Positions 19,148 through 28,345 of a stretch of 64,000 bases of DNA are shown here, piece after piece. The number at the start of each line of letters is the position of its first letter. Within the stretch, counting starts at the first letter, position 1. The notes beneath the pieces were generated by a model. It was given only the letters and a program-made list of their open reading frames with translations, was not told the DNA's origin and ran no database searches. This DNA is from Methanomethylovorans hollandica DSM 15978 (GTDB lineage: Archaea > Halobacteriota > Methanosarcinia > Methanosarcinales > Methanosarcinaceae). The stretch covers positions 1,178,001-1,242,000 of the forward strand of contig NC_019977.1 of the NCBI RefSeq assembly GCF_000328665.1, in the 5' to 3' direction. The position numbers were made by a program, and so were the translations under genes.

Positions 19148-20037
19148 GGACAATGGAACTGAGTGTTGATTTATTGAGCGAAATGCTTACAGAGAGAGGA
19201 TTTTACCCTGGGAACATGGGCAATGAGCACGTATGGAAAAACGTAATCAACGGGATACCCTATGCTGTGGATTTCAGAATAGGCAGCGTATTCCGCTATA
19301 TGTACGGACAGAGAGAAGAGGACGTAGAAGATGAGGTACTAGCAGACCTGAAAACAGCTATCATAGCAGTAATGCAGGAGGCAATAGGCGGGCAGGATGT
19401 ACAGGCAACAGGGGCTACCAACCAAGAGCCAGAGATCCCACCCACTGAAACAATTGTAACTCAAGAAGATAAGCCTACCGTAGTGCCTGCGAAAGTACCT
19501 CAGAAACCAGCGACTCGTAAGCTGTCCAACGAGGACCTCACTAAAGACAATATCAGACAGTATCTATGCCCAGCTGCTACAGATCAGGAAATATTCATGT
19601 TCCTCCAGTTATGCGAACATAGAAATTTGAATCCGTTTATCAAAGAAGCATATCTTGTGAAATATAATAATTCTCCTGCAACCTTGATTGTAGGAAAGGA
19701 CGCATTCACCAAGAAAGCAGAGGAGCATCCACAGTTTGACGGATTTGAGGCCGGAATTGTAATTGAGAGATCTGGTAAGGTCGAGTACAGGGCAGGTCAA
19801 CTAGTTCGGCCTGGCGAAATACTCATAGGCGGCTGGGCTGAGGTGCACAGGAAGGACAGGCAATACCCTTACAGGTCTGAGGTGTCTATGCAAGAGTATA
19901 ATACCAACCAGTCCTCCTGGAAGAAATTGCCTGCTACTATGATCCGCAAAGTGGCTCTGGTACAGGCGCTTAGAGAGGCTTTCCCCTCAGATCTGGGCGG
20001 GTGCTACGATTCAGCAGAGATGGGGGAGGTGGTGTGA
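19144..20037 (+). CDS. bet: Bet/RecT-family ssDNA-annealing recombinase
   Basis: 'ATDQEIFMFLQLC...LNPFIKEAYLVKY', 'WKKLPATMIRKVALVQALREAFP'. Confidence 0.9.
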   Translation: MRTMELSVDLLSEMLTERGFYPGNMGNEHVWKNVINGIPYAVDFRIGSVFRYMYGQREEDVEDEVLADLKTAIIAVMQEAIGGQDVQATGATNQEPEIPPTETIVTQEDKPTVVPAKVPQKPATRKLSNEDLTKDNIRQYLCPAATDQEIFMFLQLCEHRNLNPFIKEAYLVKYNNSPATLIVGKDAFTKKAEEHPQFDGFEAGIVIERSGKVEYRAGQLVRPGEILIGGWAEVHRKDRQYPYRSEVSMQEYNTNQSSWKKLPATMIRKVALVQALREAFPSDLGGCYDSAEMGEVV

Positions 20038-20189
20038 ATGCATACATATCAATGCTGTGGTTGCCAATTCATGTCAATTCCATGCAAATTAATTACATGC
20101 GACGACGGGGTACTGTTTCCTGACACTTGCCCGATGACCGGGATAAACTATGTTTTCATCGAACTGTGTGGAGAAGAGGAGGGAATGAA

Positions 20190-20372
20190 ATGATATGCCC
20201 ACTTCTTTCTTCTTCACATTTTACAAACTGTCAAACATCCAGATGTGGGTGGTGGGATGAAATCCGGCAATGCTGTGCGATTATTCCAGCGAATTTCGGA
20301 CACATGATGAAACAGGCAGCGAAAGCTAGGCTGGACAGTGATGCAGAGCTTAGCGGGGGTGCTCCTGAATGA
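20190..20372 (+). CDS. Cys-rich microprotein
   Basis: MICPLL...CQTSRCGWW...CCAI; ATGA-coupled. Confidence 0.6.
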   Translation: MICPLLSSSHFTNCQTSRCGWWDEIRQCCAIIPANFGHMMKQAAKARLDSDAELSGGAPE

Positions 20373-20557
20373 GCCCAGAGGAATACATGGACAAGAGAGA
20401 GCTCCTGCTCAAGCAGCAACGCAGATGCAAAAACGATGAGGACAGGGCAAGGCTGCAAGCAAAAATAGAGAAGCTCGATAGCACATTTGAGAATGGGTTT
20501 TTCAGAAGGGATATAGGTAGACCCGAGCAGAAGTTGACTCAGTACGGGGTGGTGTGA
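20369..20557 (+). CDS. Proviral hypothetical protein
   Basis: Coupled ORF in the early operon. Confidence 0.55.
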   Translation: MSPEEYMDKRELLLKQQRRCKNDEDRARLQAKIEKLDSTFENGFFRRDIGRPEQKLTQYGVV

Positions 20558-21121
20558 ATGGATCTCTACAAAATAATCTGTCCGTATTGCAAGCATGAGC
20601 AGATGCCTTTCGGATATGAAAAGGAAGGCTACGGAGCGGTGATATGTGAGGAGTGTGGACAGCCATATGTGAATCAGACTACACGGACAATAGCATATCA
20701 CTCCTATGCTCTGGTAGGCATTGGGCCGCAGGAAGAGCCAGCCCTTCCTACAAAAGAAGAGGTACAAGAAGCCAGCGAGGCGGACAGAAAGCAGCAGTTC
20801 TCAGAAGTGAAACAGAAACTCGAAGAGATTCTGCTGATCTCTGAAGATTCGCCCAGGGCGCTGATCTCTGAAGTTTCGCCCTGGGTACAAACCCCCGGAC
20901 ACAAAAACGGTATGTACAGAATTGATGGGGAATATGTAGAGGTAAGATACCTATCAAGCCACCCAGTGAGGACCACTCTAGCAGACATACACATGCTATG
21001 CGAGGAGAGCAACCCCACTGAAGCAATAAACTCCCTGCTAGGCACAACACAGGATACGAGAAACACTGCAGCACTGAATTTTTTTATCAAAGCTGTGAAA
21101 AGAGGAGACGTGATTTTATGA
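20558..21121 (+). CDS. Zn-ribbon-containing hypothetical protein
   Basis: CPYC...CEEC. Confidence 0.65.
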   Translation: MDLYKIICPYCKHEQMPFGYEKEGYGAVICEECGQPYVNQTTRTIAYHSYALVGIGPQEEPALPTKEEVQEASEADRKQQFSEVKQKLEEILLISEDSPRALISEVSPWVQTPGHKNGMYRIDGEYVEVRYLSSHPVRTTLADIHMLCEESNPTEAINSLLGTTQDTRNTAALNFFIKAVKRGDVIL

Positions 21122-21393
21122 GCTCGGAACCATGCCCTAGGCACACACAGTGCAGTTACAAGGAGAAGGGGGCTCACTGCCTCCTGGACAGAGGTGGGGA
21201 CTGCTATAGGTGGTTTGTCTCTGCTTCCAGGTACGTAGATGAGGAGGTCTAATATGACCTCTTCTACTACACCAGCTGTATCAGAGTGCAAGCACAGCAA
21301 GAAGTGCAGTAGATACGATCCAGAGAGCTACACATGCACACGTGGAGAGAGCGACTACTGCGGACACTACAAGGCAATTAAGGGGTTAAGAGT

Positions 21394-21600
21394 ATGATCT
21401 TCACATTCAAAAATAAATACAGTGGACAGGATGAGCAGTACGAAGTGTCAGACAGCCTGTGCGAGTACAAGGGGATCACTCCTAGTGCTCCTGTGGTGAT
21501 GGAAACAGACACAGCATACGTATTAGAGCCAGAGAAAGGGAAGCGAGCGTACTTGAACAAAGCACACTGCAAGAAGGTGATTCTATATGAGAGAGTTTAA
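21394..21600 (+). CDS. Proviral hypothetical protein
   Basis: Coupled ORF. Confidence 0.55.
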   Translation: MIFTFKNKYSGQDEQYEVSDSLCEYKGITPSAPVVMETDTAYVLEPEKGKRAYLNKAHCKKVILYERV

Positions 21601-22006
21601 ATTTAGAGCATGGGATGAGAAAAACAGTAAAATGTATTATTCTGATAATCTTCCAGCTAATTATTACTTTGGTCACGATGGGAACAATAAAATATATTTT
21701 TCCGGTGATGTGTGGGATAACGACGAACAAATGTATTATAGAGATACTATATCCTCGGATGCTATGCAGTTCACCGGACAACATGATAAAAATGGAAAAG
21801 AAATTTACGAGGGCGATGTCGTGGAAGTGGGGGAGTGGAGAGAAAAAGTAGACGAAATCGGATCTCATTGGAAATGGTATGTGTACGTCGTGTCTTATTG
21901 CGATCAACGATGGTTGCCGGACGACTTAGACGAGGCACGGATCATCGGTAATATCTATGAAAACCCTGAACTCCTCAAGGCACTAACAGGAGGGATGAAT
22001 ATATGA
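21587..22006 (+). CDS. YopX-family protein
   Basis: 'MREFKFRAWD', 'QFTGQHDKNGKEIYEGDVV', 'IGNIYENPELL'. Confidence 0.9.
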   Translation: MREFKFRAWDEKNSKMYYSDNLPANYYFGHDGNNKIYFSGDVWDNDEQMYYRDTISSDAMQFTGQHDKNGKEIYEGDVVEVGEWREKVDEIGSHWKWYVYVVSYCDQRWLPDDLDEARIIGNIYENPELLKALTGGMNI

Positions 22007-22169
22007 GCACAATATATAGACCGTGCCCGGAGTGCGGCAGCCCAGTGGAGAGTGATACCGTCAAAGCTAAATGCATTCAGACCTATATATGTAGTGTATG
22101 TGCAGCGCAGCTTTGGCTAATTCAGACTCCTCTTTTCGACAAACTCATTACTGCACAGGTGGGGAGAAA

Positions 22170-22442
22170 ATGATCTCACTATCTGAGTCTGAGTTTATTA
22201 CCAGAGAAGAGTTTGAGGTGGCCTTGGATGCTGCTGTGCTACAAACCTGCAGAGAAATAGCAGACGATAGAAAGCGAATTACTGTGCTAGAATCCTTCGC
22301 ACATGGAGTATTCAACGTACTGTTTATGAAGTTCAGAGGAGTAAGAGATATACTAGATGTCAAAGTCAGGCAATATCTCCCAGGGTTTGAACTCCAAAAC
22401 TCTACCGAATCTCTACAGGAGGAGATTAGCGCAGAAACGTAG
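22170..22442 (+). CDS. Proviral hypothetical protein
   Basis: ATGA-coupled start at 22170. Confidence 0.55.
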   Translation: MISLSESEFITREEFEVALDAAVLQTCREIADDRKRITVLESFAHGVFNVLFMKFRGVRDILDVKVRQYLPGFELQNSTESLQEEISAET

Positions 22443-22569
22443 TACTACACTGTAGTACTACACTGTTTAGAAAGTCGGCAAAGAAAACCTACATCGGTTG
22501 ACATTGTCGAGTGTAGTAAGGAGTGGATACTATATTGCTGTAAAGCAATGTAGTACTACGTAGTACTAC
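22439..22569. repeat. Four copies of the palindrome GTAGTACTAC
   Basis: Copies at 22439, 22452, 22550 and 22560; half-site GTGTAGTA at 22511. Confidence 0.9.
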
Positions 22570-22573
22570 ACGG

Positions 22574-23059
22574 TTGCAGAAAAAAACCCTTCTAGATTGG
22601 AGGAAAATGTATCAAAAATCGCATGTTTCGTCTGTTAGGATCAATCCATCGTTGAAAGAATGGTTTGAAGGTACACAAACTATTCACCATTATGCTCTCT
22701 CAGATGCTATGGAGCAAGGCATACTCCACATCCTAAGCAACTATGTCCCTGTATCCGTTTTAGAAAAACAAATACACGAAACCCGAAAGAAACTTGCAGA
22801 ACTCGAAAACGCATTGGTCAATGCGAAACACGTAGAAGCAGAAACAATGAAACAGCTAGAGAAGGAAGATCCCTCTACAGCATATACAGATATTAGAGAG
22901 CAGATCTTCATAGATGATGGCCCAGGTACTATACTAAGAATGCTCAAAAAGAATCAGTCGCCTGCATGGGACAGGGTCTGTCATAAGTACGGTTTCTCAA
23001 GCTCAAGGGAAATGGAACAGTTCGTTAGGCTAGAAGCATCAAGGAGGGGATTGATATGA
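22574..23059 (+). CDS. Probable RHH plus coiled-coil protein (likely ATG start ~22607)
   Basis: 'VSSVRINPSLKEWFE...ALSDAMEQGI' followed by a coiled coil; SD GGAGG. Confidence 0.6.
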   Translation: MQKKTLLDWRKMYQKSHVSSVRINPSLKEWFEGTQTIHHYALSDAMEQGILHILSNYVPVSVLEKQIHETRKKLAELENALVNAKHVEAETMKQLEKEDPSTAYTDIREQIFIDDGPGTILRMLKKNQSPAWDRVCHKYGFSSSREMEQFVRLEASRRGLI

Positions 23060-23430
23060 CCTCTCTCTATAATGCTGTTCTGGAGATACTAGAAACTCCC
23101 ATGACTCGCTCAGCAATAATGAATGAATTGTACAGATATAACATATCAGCAGCAGTCACTCAAAGCGGATTCGTCAAAGGATATCTAGACGCTCTTGTGG
23201 ATCTAGGTCATCTCTACGTAATCGGTACAGTCCAACGGATGAGAATGTACTCCAAACATCCTGCGAAAGAATATGCTCACAGACGCTGTCCGTACTGTCA
23301 GACTAATATATTGATATTCGACACAGATACAGGCAGCAAGTACTCCTGCCCCAAGTGCAAGGAAGAATTAGTAGTCGTGATGACGTTCAAAGACGGAGTG
23401 CAACTACACCCAGCGGAGGGGGTACAATGA
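23056..23430 (+). CDS. wHTH-like plus Zn-ribbon protein
   Basis: 'PMTRSAIMNEL...GYLDALVDLG'; CPYC...CPKC. Confidence 0.6.
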   Translation: MTSLYNAVLEILETPMTRSAIMNELYRYNISAAVTQSGFVKGYLDALVDLGHLYVIGTVQRMRMYSKHPAKEYAHRRCPYCQTNILIFDTDTGSKYSCPKCKEELVVVMTFKDGVQLHPAEGVQ

Positions 23431-23627
23431 GATACTATCCTCGGCTGTCTCCATGGGCACGGGATATAAAACATCTTATGGGTACTGGCTGGTTTTTGTA
23501 TCGAGATCTACCATCCGAACTACAAGACAAATCTAACCTGCTCAGGGCACACGACAAAGGGCTCTTAGAACGCAGCACGGGGTATATTGGGCACGGGAAC
23601 ACTAGAAGGATGTGGCGGGTCAAATGA
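23427..23627 (+). CDS. Small hypothetical protein (possible wHTH)
   Basis: ATGA-coupled; 'LLRAHDKGLLER'. Confidence 0.5.
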   Translation: MRYYPRLSPWARDIKHLMGTGWFLYRDLPSELQDKSNLLRAHDKGLLERSTGYIGHGNTRRMWRVK

Positions 23628-24073
23628 CAAAATCCCACACTGCAAAACCTATCGTTTTTAAGTGGACACCTGCTCGCATAAAAGGGGCAAAACTAGCAGC
23701 GAGCACCACAATGACGCAAGAAGAGATCGCAAAAGAGTGCAGTGTTCACAGAATGACCGTTAATGAGTGGTTTCAGGCTCAAGAGTTCAAAGAAAAAGTT
23801 GCAGAGTTAATAATGCAGGATGAGCGGTTTACTAGGCCGGGGCTGCTAAAAATAACCGGGGCGATACTGGATAAAAAAATAGAAAGAGCAGCGGAGGATC
23901 GGTCTACAGCAGCAGACTATATCAAAATAGTAGCCGACATTGCCGGGATAAACAAAGCAGGTAATGAGATCAATATATACAATGCAGTAGGCGTAGTCAA
24001 TACCCAGGAGGTGAAGGATGCAGTATCTAGGCTCTGCGAAAAGCTCAGGGAAGCAGACGACTCAACCGACTGA
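23624..24073 (+). CDS. terS: Terminase small subunit (HTH)
   Basis: HTH 'TQEEIAKECSVHRMTVNEW'; immediately upstream of terL. Confidence 0.7.
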   Translation: MTKSHTAKPIVFKWTPARIKGAKLAASTTMTQEEIAKECSVHRMTVNEWFQAQEFKEKVAELIMQDERFTRPGLLKITGAILDKKIERAAEDRSTAADYIKIVADIAGINKAGNEINIYNAVGVVNTQEVKDAVSRLCEKLREADDSTD

Positions 24074-26546
24074 GGACGAGCTGCAAGTGTGGGCTAGCGC
24101 TCCTGCAGCCTTTGCCCGGTACTGTAGCGGGGGGCGGTGGTATCCGGCTAAGCATCTAGTAGAGCTATCGCACCGGCTTATGGATGTAGCTACCGGGGAT
24201 ATTACGCATCTCATGATATTCATGCCTCCAAGGCACGGCAAAAGTGAACTGACATCTAAGTACTTCCCTGCCTGGTACCTGGGGAAATACCCAGACAATA
24301 GGGTCATCCTCACAGGTTACGAGGCAGACTTTGCCGCTCAATGGGGGTACAAGGCTAGAAATATTATGCATGAGCACGGCCCTGCTCTATTCAATCTGAC
24401 AGTAGCAGGCAACTCATCGGCTAGGGATAGATGGGATATAGCCGGTCATCTGGGCGGCATGAGTACAGCAGGAGTAGGGGGTGCCATCACTGGTAAGGGA
24501 GCGCATTGCTTATCGGGTGAAACACGGATACATACTAATTTCGGTATGCTGCGAATCGACGAGGTGGTGCAAAAAGCTAAATACGATGAACGGTATAATA
24601 ACAGGTTAAGGGTGCTAGCATATGACCACCGTAACCAAAGAGCAGTATGGAAAAGAGTTAAAGCTACACGGATTGTCCGAGATAGGCGACTGTTGGAAAT
24701 CACCACAGCTAGTGGGGATAAAATCAGAGCTACCGATGAACATCGTTTTTTTGTGCACGAACGCGGATACACAGAAGCGAACCGTCTGTGTCAAGGAGAC
24801 CGGTTTATATCGGTCAAAGAGCAGATCAAACAAAACGTGCGCCCAATGTGGAGAAGCGAAGGGTGGCCGGGGTGCACTGTGCATGCCGTGTTACCAGAAG
24901 CTCAGGACAGTTCACGTAGTTCTGAAATGTTCGCTGTGTGGGGAGATATACGAAATCCCATTATACGATTACCGGAAAGCACTGGCAAGAAAACAGAAGG
25001 ATTACTATTGTTCAGTGGCGTGTTCTCGGAAGCACCATGCCATAAAGAATGCAAAACGTTGTGTCGTGTGTGCAGCACCGATGCCAGGGAAACCGAGAAA
25101 CATGTACTGTTCCACGGTATGTCGGGAAGCAGCGAGGCCACCGAAAAGGAAAGCGATATGTCCGGTTTGTGGGGATGCATTTTACCCAATATCTCACCGG
25201 ACCGCGCATTGTTCAAGACGTTGCGCCAATACCGCGCACTCAAAGAGAATGACGGGAGCTGGAAATTCTCACTACAAGACCGGGACAAGTTATGCGAAGT
25301 GGTTCGACGAGATGAGGCCACTCGTGTTGGAGAGAGACGGACACCGGTGTGCCATATGTGGCAGCAATTACAATCTTCATATCCACCATATAAACGAAAA
25401 TGTTGTGGACAACACCCCGACAAACTTAATATCAATGTGCCCCACTTGCCACATCATCCACCACAAATCGAATGCGACACCGTATCCTCAGTTACAAAAG
25501 TTAGCGGAAACGCGCACACGGTCTATGACATCCAAGTGGAAGACTGCAACAATTTCTTTGCTGAGAACATACTCGTCCATAACTGCCTGATAATTGATGA
25601 CCCTATCAAGAACGCAGAAGAAGCCAACAGCAAGACCTATAGAGACAAATCATATGATTGGTACAGATCCACAGCATACACACGTATAGAGCCGGGTGGG
25701 TCTGTGGTCATTATCCAAACACGATGGCACGAGGACGACCTCTCAGGCAGACTCCTTAAGGAAGAGCCGGAAAAATGGACAGTAATAAATCTCCCTGCAC
25801 TGGCAGAGGAAGGAGGGGATCAGCTAGGCAGGCAACCAGGAGAGGCGCTATTCCCAAAACGGTATGATGTACATGCACTCCAGCAGATCAAAAGGACAGT
25901 CGGCACATATTGGTGGAATGCACTCTATCAACAGCGTCCGGCTGCCTCAGAGGGTGCTATATTCAAGCGGCAATATTTCCAGTATTGCTATATCGAGGAC
26001 GGGCTCTATGTGCTCAGAGACAAGCGGGTCAAGTACTACGACTGTACTATATATCAGACATGCGATCCTGCAGTCTCAACAAAGGCAAGCGCTGACTATT
26101 TTGTTCTAGCTACATGGGCTGTAACCCCAGACCAGGATCTTATTCTCCTGGACATCCTCAGAACCAGGCTAGAAGGGCCTGACCAAATCAATCTATTCAA
26201 ACAGCAGTATGCTAGATGGAAACCAGCATACCAGGGCATAGAGGCGGTAGGTGTAGGCAAAACACTCTACCAAATGCTTGTGAGGGAGGGACTGCCTATC
26301 AGAGAGCTCAAAGCAGAGTCCGATAAAGTGACCAGGGCTCTTCCCGCAGCCGCTCGCATGGAGTCCGGCAGTGTCTATTTTATGCAGGATTTGCCAGGGC
26401 TAGACGAGTTTGAAGAAGAGCTCTTGTCATTCCCAAAAGGGAAACATGACGATCAGGTAGACTGTCTCTCTTATGCTGTGCAGCTAGCTCTGCAACAGTA
26501 CCAGGACTTTGACCTTAGCATGCTCATCAAAACTTTTCCGAGGTAA
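24018..26546 (+). CDS. terL: Terminase large subunit with intein
   Basis: Walker A 'MPPRHGKS', Walker B 'LIIDDP', 'QTRWHEDDL', nuclease 'CDPAVS...ADY' and 'HDDQVD'. Confidence 0.95.
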   Translation: MQYLGSAKSSGKQTTQPTEDELQVWASAPAAFARYCSGGRWYPAKHLVELSHRLMDVATGDITHLMIFMPPRHGKSELTSKYFPAWYLGKYPDNRVILTGYEADFAAQWGYKARNIMHEHGPALFNLTVAGNSSARDRWDIAGHLGGMSTAGVGGAITGKGAHCLSGETRIHTNFGMLRIDEVVQKAKYDERYNNRLRVLAYDHRNQRAVWKRVKATRIVRDRRLLEITTASGDKIRATDEHRFFVHERGYTEANRLCQGDRFISVKEQIKQNVRPMWRSEGWPGCTVHAVLPEAQDSSRSSEMFAVWGDIRNPIIRLPESTGKKTEGLLLFSGVFSEAPCHKECKTLCRVCSTDARETEKHVLFHGMSGSSEATEKESDMSGLWGCILPNISPDRALFKTLRQYRALKENDGSWKFSLQDRDKLCEVVRRDEATRVGERRTPVCHMWQQLQSSYPPYKRKCCGQHPDKLNINVPHLPHHPPQIECDTVSSVTKVSGNAHTVYDIQVEDCNNFFAENILVHNCLIIDDPIKNAEEANSKTYRDKSYDWYRSTAYTRIEPGGSVVIIQTRWHEDDLSGRLLKEEPEKWTVINLPALAEEGGDQLGRQPGEALFPKRYDVHALQQIKRTVGTYWWNALYQQRPAASEGAIFKRQYFQYCYIEDGLYVLRDKRVKYYDCTIYQTCDPAVSTKASADYFVLATWAVTPDQDLILLDILRTRLEGPDQINLFKQQYARWKPAYQGIEAVGVGKTLYQMLVREGLPIRELKAESDKVTRALPAAARMESGSVYFMQDLPGLDEFEEELLSFPKGKHDDQVDCLSYAVQLALQQYQDFDLSMLIKTFPR
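24507..25583 (+). mobile_element. Intein (359 aa) in terL, just before Walker B
   Basis: Block A 'CLSGETRI', block B 'IRATDEHRFF', blocks F/G 'VYDIQVEDCNNFFAENILVHN', +1 Cys; removal restores GKGAH-CLIIDDP. Confidence 0.95.
24622..25590 (+). CDS. Zn-finger/HNH endonuclease nested in the +1 frame of the intein
   Basis: Eight CxxC/CxxxC motifs, then 'ERDGHRCAICG...LHIHHINENVVDNTPTNLISMCPTCHIIHH'. Confidence 0.85.
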   Translation: MTTVTKEQYGKELKLHGLSEIGDCWKSPQLVGIKSELPMNIVFLCTNADTQKRTVCVKETGLYRSKSRSNKTCAQCGEAKGGRGALCMPCYQKLRTVHVVLKCSLCGEIYEIPLYDYRKALARKQKDYYCSVACSRKHHAIKNAKRCVVCAAPMPGKPRNMYCSTVCREAARPPKRKAICPVCGDAFYPISHRTAHCSRRCANTAHSKRMTGAGNSHYKTGTSYAKWFDEMRPLVLERDGHRCAICGSNYNLHIHHINENVVDNTPTNLISMCPTCHIIHHKSNATPYPQLQKLAETRTRSMTSKWKTATISLLRTYSSITA

Positions 26547-26548
26547 CT

Positions 26549-26782
26549 ATGGCGAATTACAGCACCAACACAGCCCCTAAACCAAAACTACATGCTACTA
26601 TAGAGGTCACTAATATGAAGTACTTGCAGGCTCTCAAAAAGAAACACGATGTGTCTCTATCGCAAGCGGCAGATATGGCTATCAAAATAGCTAGAGAGAT
26701 CCAATCTGATGAGCAGGCAGCAGAGAGGATAGCTGAAAAAGTTTGTCAGAAAATGCTTAAAAAACTAGAAGAAATGCAATAA
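26549..26782 (+). CDS. RHH-like protein, candidate late regulator
   Basis: 'LHATIEVTNMKYLQALKKKHDVSLSQAADMAI'. Confidence 0.55.
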   Translation: MANYSTNTAPKPKLHATIEVTNMKYLQALKKKHDVSLSQAADMAIKIAREIQSDEQAAERIAEKVCQKMLKKLEEMQ

Positions 26783-26841
26783 TTAAACTAAAAACGTACT
26801 ATTTTGATTCTTTTTCTATGTTTTTTTCTTGTCCAACAAAA

Positions 26842-26870
26842 GTGTACACTAAATTATATATAGTATATAC
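26842..26870 (+). promoter_or_regulatory. Putative late promoter, copy 1
   Basis: GTGTACACTAAATTATATATAGTATATAC, identical to 31563-31591. Confidence 0.7.
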
Positions 26871-26898
26871 AATGAAACATATACGTTGAGGTATACAT

Positions 26899-27090
26899 TT
26901 GATTGAAATCACTGAGGCTCAAACTTTTCTTATCGGGCTGGGGGCTGGCCTCCTGGCGTCTGTTAAAATATGGTGGGGGCGCAAAACAATGGTGCAGAAA
27001 AAAGCGGCATTCAATGACGTATTAGACGCTTGTTCAGACAAACGGATCTCTATAGAAGAGGTCAAATATCTAGTAGAAGAACATTTCTGA
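26899..27090 (+). CDS. Small membrane protein (holin-like candidate)
   Basis: N-terminal TM helix; SD GAGGT before TTG. Confidence 0.55.
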   Translation: MIEITEAQTFLIGLGAGLLASVKIWWGRKTMVQKKAAFNDVLDACSDKRISIEEVKYLVEEHF

Positions 27091-27097
27091 GGCTGCT

Positions 27098-28345
27098 ATG
27101 GAGATCAATGCAGCAGCAGTCACAACAGAGCAGCTACAGCAGGACTATGAGCTTATGGCAGCTGCATTCTCCACACGGCAGGACTATGTAACAGCTACCC
27201 GTTACTCATCTTTCGATACAGAAAACAGATTCACTTACTACTCACAGTTAGCAGCGTCTACCCCTCACGCTTCTACTTCTTTGATGAAGCTGGCTCTATC
27301 GCTAGTTAAGGGGCTCCGGTTCAGCAGCCCTACCAAATCACTGACAAAAGAGTTTACGGCCTGGAGTGATCACGTCAATTTCTTTGAGCAGGCGTATACT
27401 CTAGCTAGTTTGCTGCCAATGAACGGCACATATGCAGGCATCACTACAGGCACAGCAGCAGAGCTCAGGCTACAACATCTACTCATGCCGACTGTGACCC
27501 TAGTGCCTCCAGGTCAGAAACTAGGTGAAGGAGATAATGGTACGGTACTAACTGGCCCAATTGATAGAGTAATAATCAATGAAACCGATGACGAAAACAG
27601 AGTAGTATTAAAAGCTTCTCAAGTAGTGTATGGCTCCTTCAATGCGCATCTCAAGAAGCAGCCGGACATCCTGAATAGGAACACATTCGGCATCTACGGC
27701 ACTTCTCTTTTCGAATCGATTGAGCTCTCAATCAGGAACCTGCTAACGATAGACAGCGGCTATGTATCCTTCGTGAGGAAATACGGGCAAGGTAGGTATG
27801 TATATGACTTCAAAATGTTGTATGATGCCGTAATCCAAAAAGGCATGAGTCCTCAGAAAGCGCAGGAATTTGTGGATGCTTTCATGGAGAAGCACAAATA
27901 CCTGCAGGCAAACGAGGACATAGCCGGGGTGGGCATTGATGTCAAAGAACTCGATGCTAGCGGCTCTCTGGATGTAATGGCATTCAAGAAATCGCTAGAG
28001 ACTAACATCCAGATAGGATTATTCCAATCACCGCTTACTATGGGAGACAGCAAGGGCTCCACGTATGCGGCGGGCTACGTAGCTGAAGAGGATAGGATGC
28101 TAGTACTCGAAGGGCTGCAGCGCATAGTGAGAGACATACTACAGCAGGTCGTGGACAAGCGCCTCCTGCTAATGGGCAAACAGCCCGGTACGGTCTCAAT
28201 AGAGTTAGAGCAGCTATCAATCCCAGCCCTCACACTTGGGGATCTGCTTGAGCTATACAATACTTCAGCCATCAACAAAACAACTTTTGACCGGGTACTC
28301 TCTGAGAGATTCGGCATATCTGTTCTAGAGGAGGCAAGCAAATGA
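27098..28345 (+). CDS. Portal protein
   Basis: 415 aa, between terL and MuF; portal-like C-terminal helices ('PLTMGDSKGSTYAA'). Confidence 0.7.
   Translation: MEINAAAVTTEQLQQDYELMAAAFSTRQDYVTATRYSSFDTENRFTYYSQLAASTPHASTSLMKLALSLVKGLRFSSPTKSLTKEFTAWSDHVNFFEQAYTLASLLPMNGTYAGITTGTAAELRLQHLLMPTVTLVPPGQKLGEGDNGTVLTGPIDRVIINETDDENRVVLKASQVVYGSFNAHLKKQPDILNRNTFGIYGTSLFESIELSIRNLLTIDSGYVSFVRKYGQGRYVYDFKMLYDAVIQKGMSPQKAQEFVDAFMEKHKYLQANEDIAGVGIDVKELDASGSLDVMAFKKSLETNIQIGLFQSPLTMGDSKGSTYAAGYVAEEDRMLVLEGLQRIVRDILQQVVDKRLLLMGKQPGTVSIELEQLSIPALTLGDLLELYNTSAINKTTFDRVLSERFGISVLEEASK

Noticed and set aside
24902..25435. Third (antisense) ORF inside the intein
   Set aside because: No motif; likely a by-product of stop-codon depletion in a doubly coding region.
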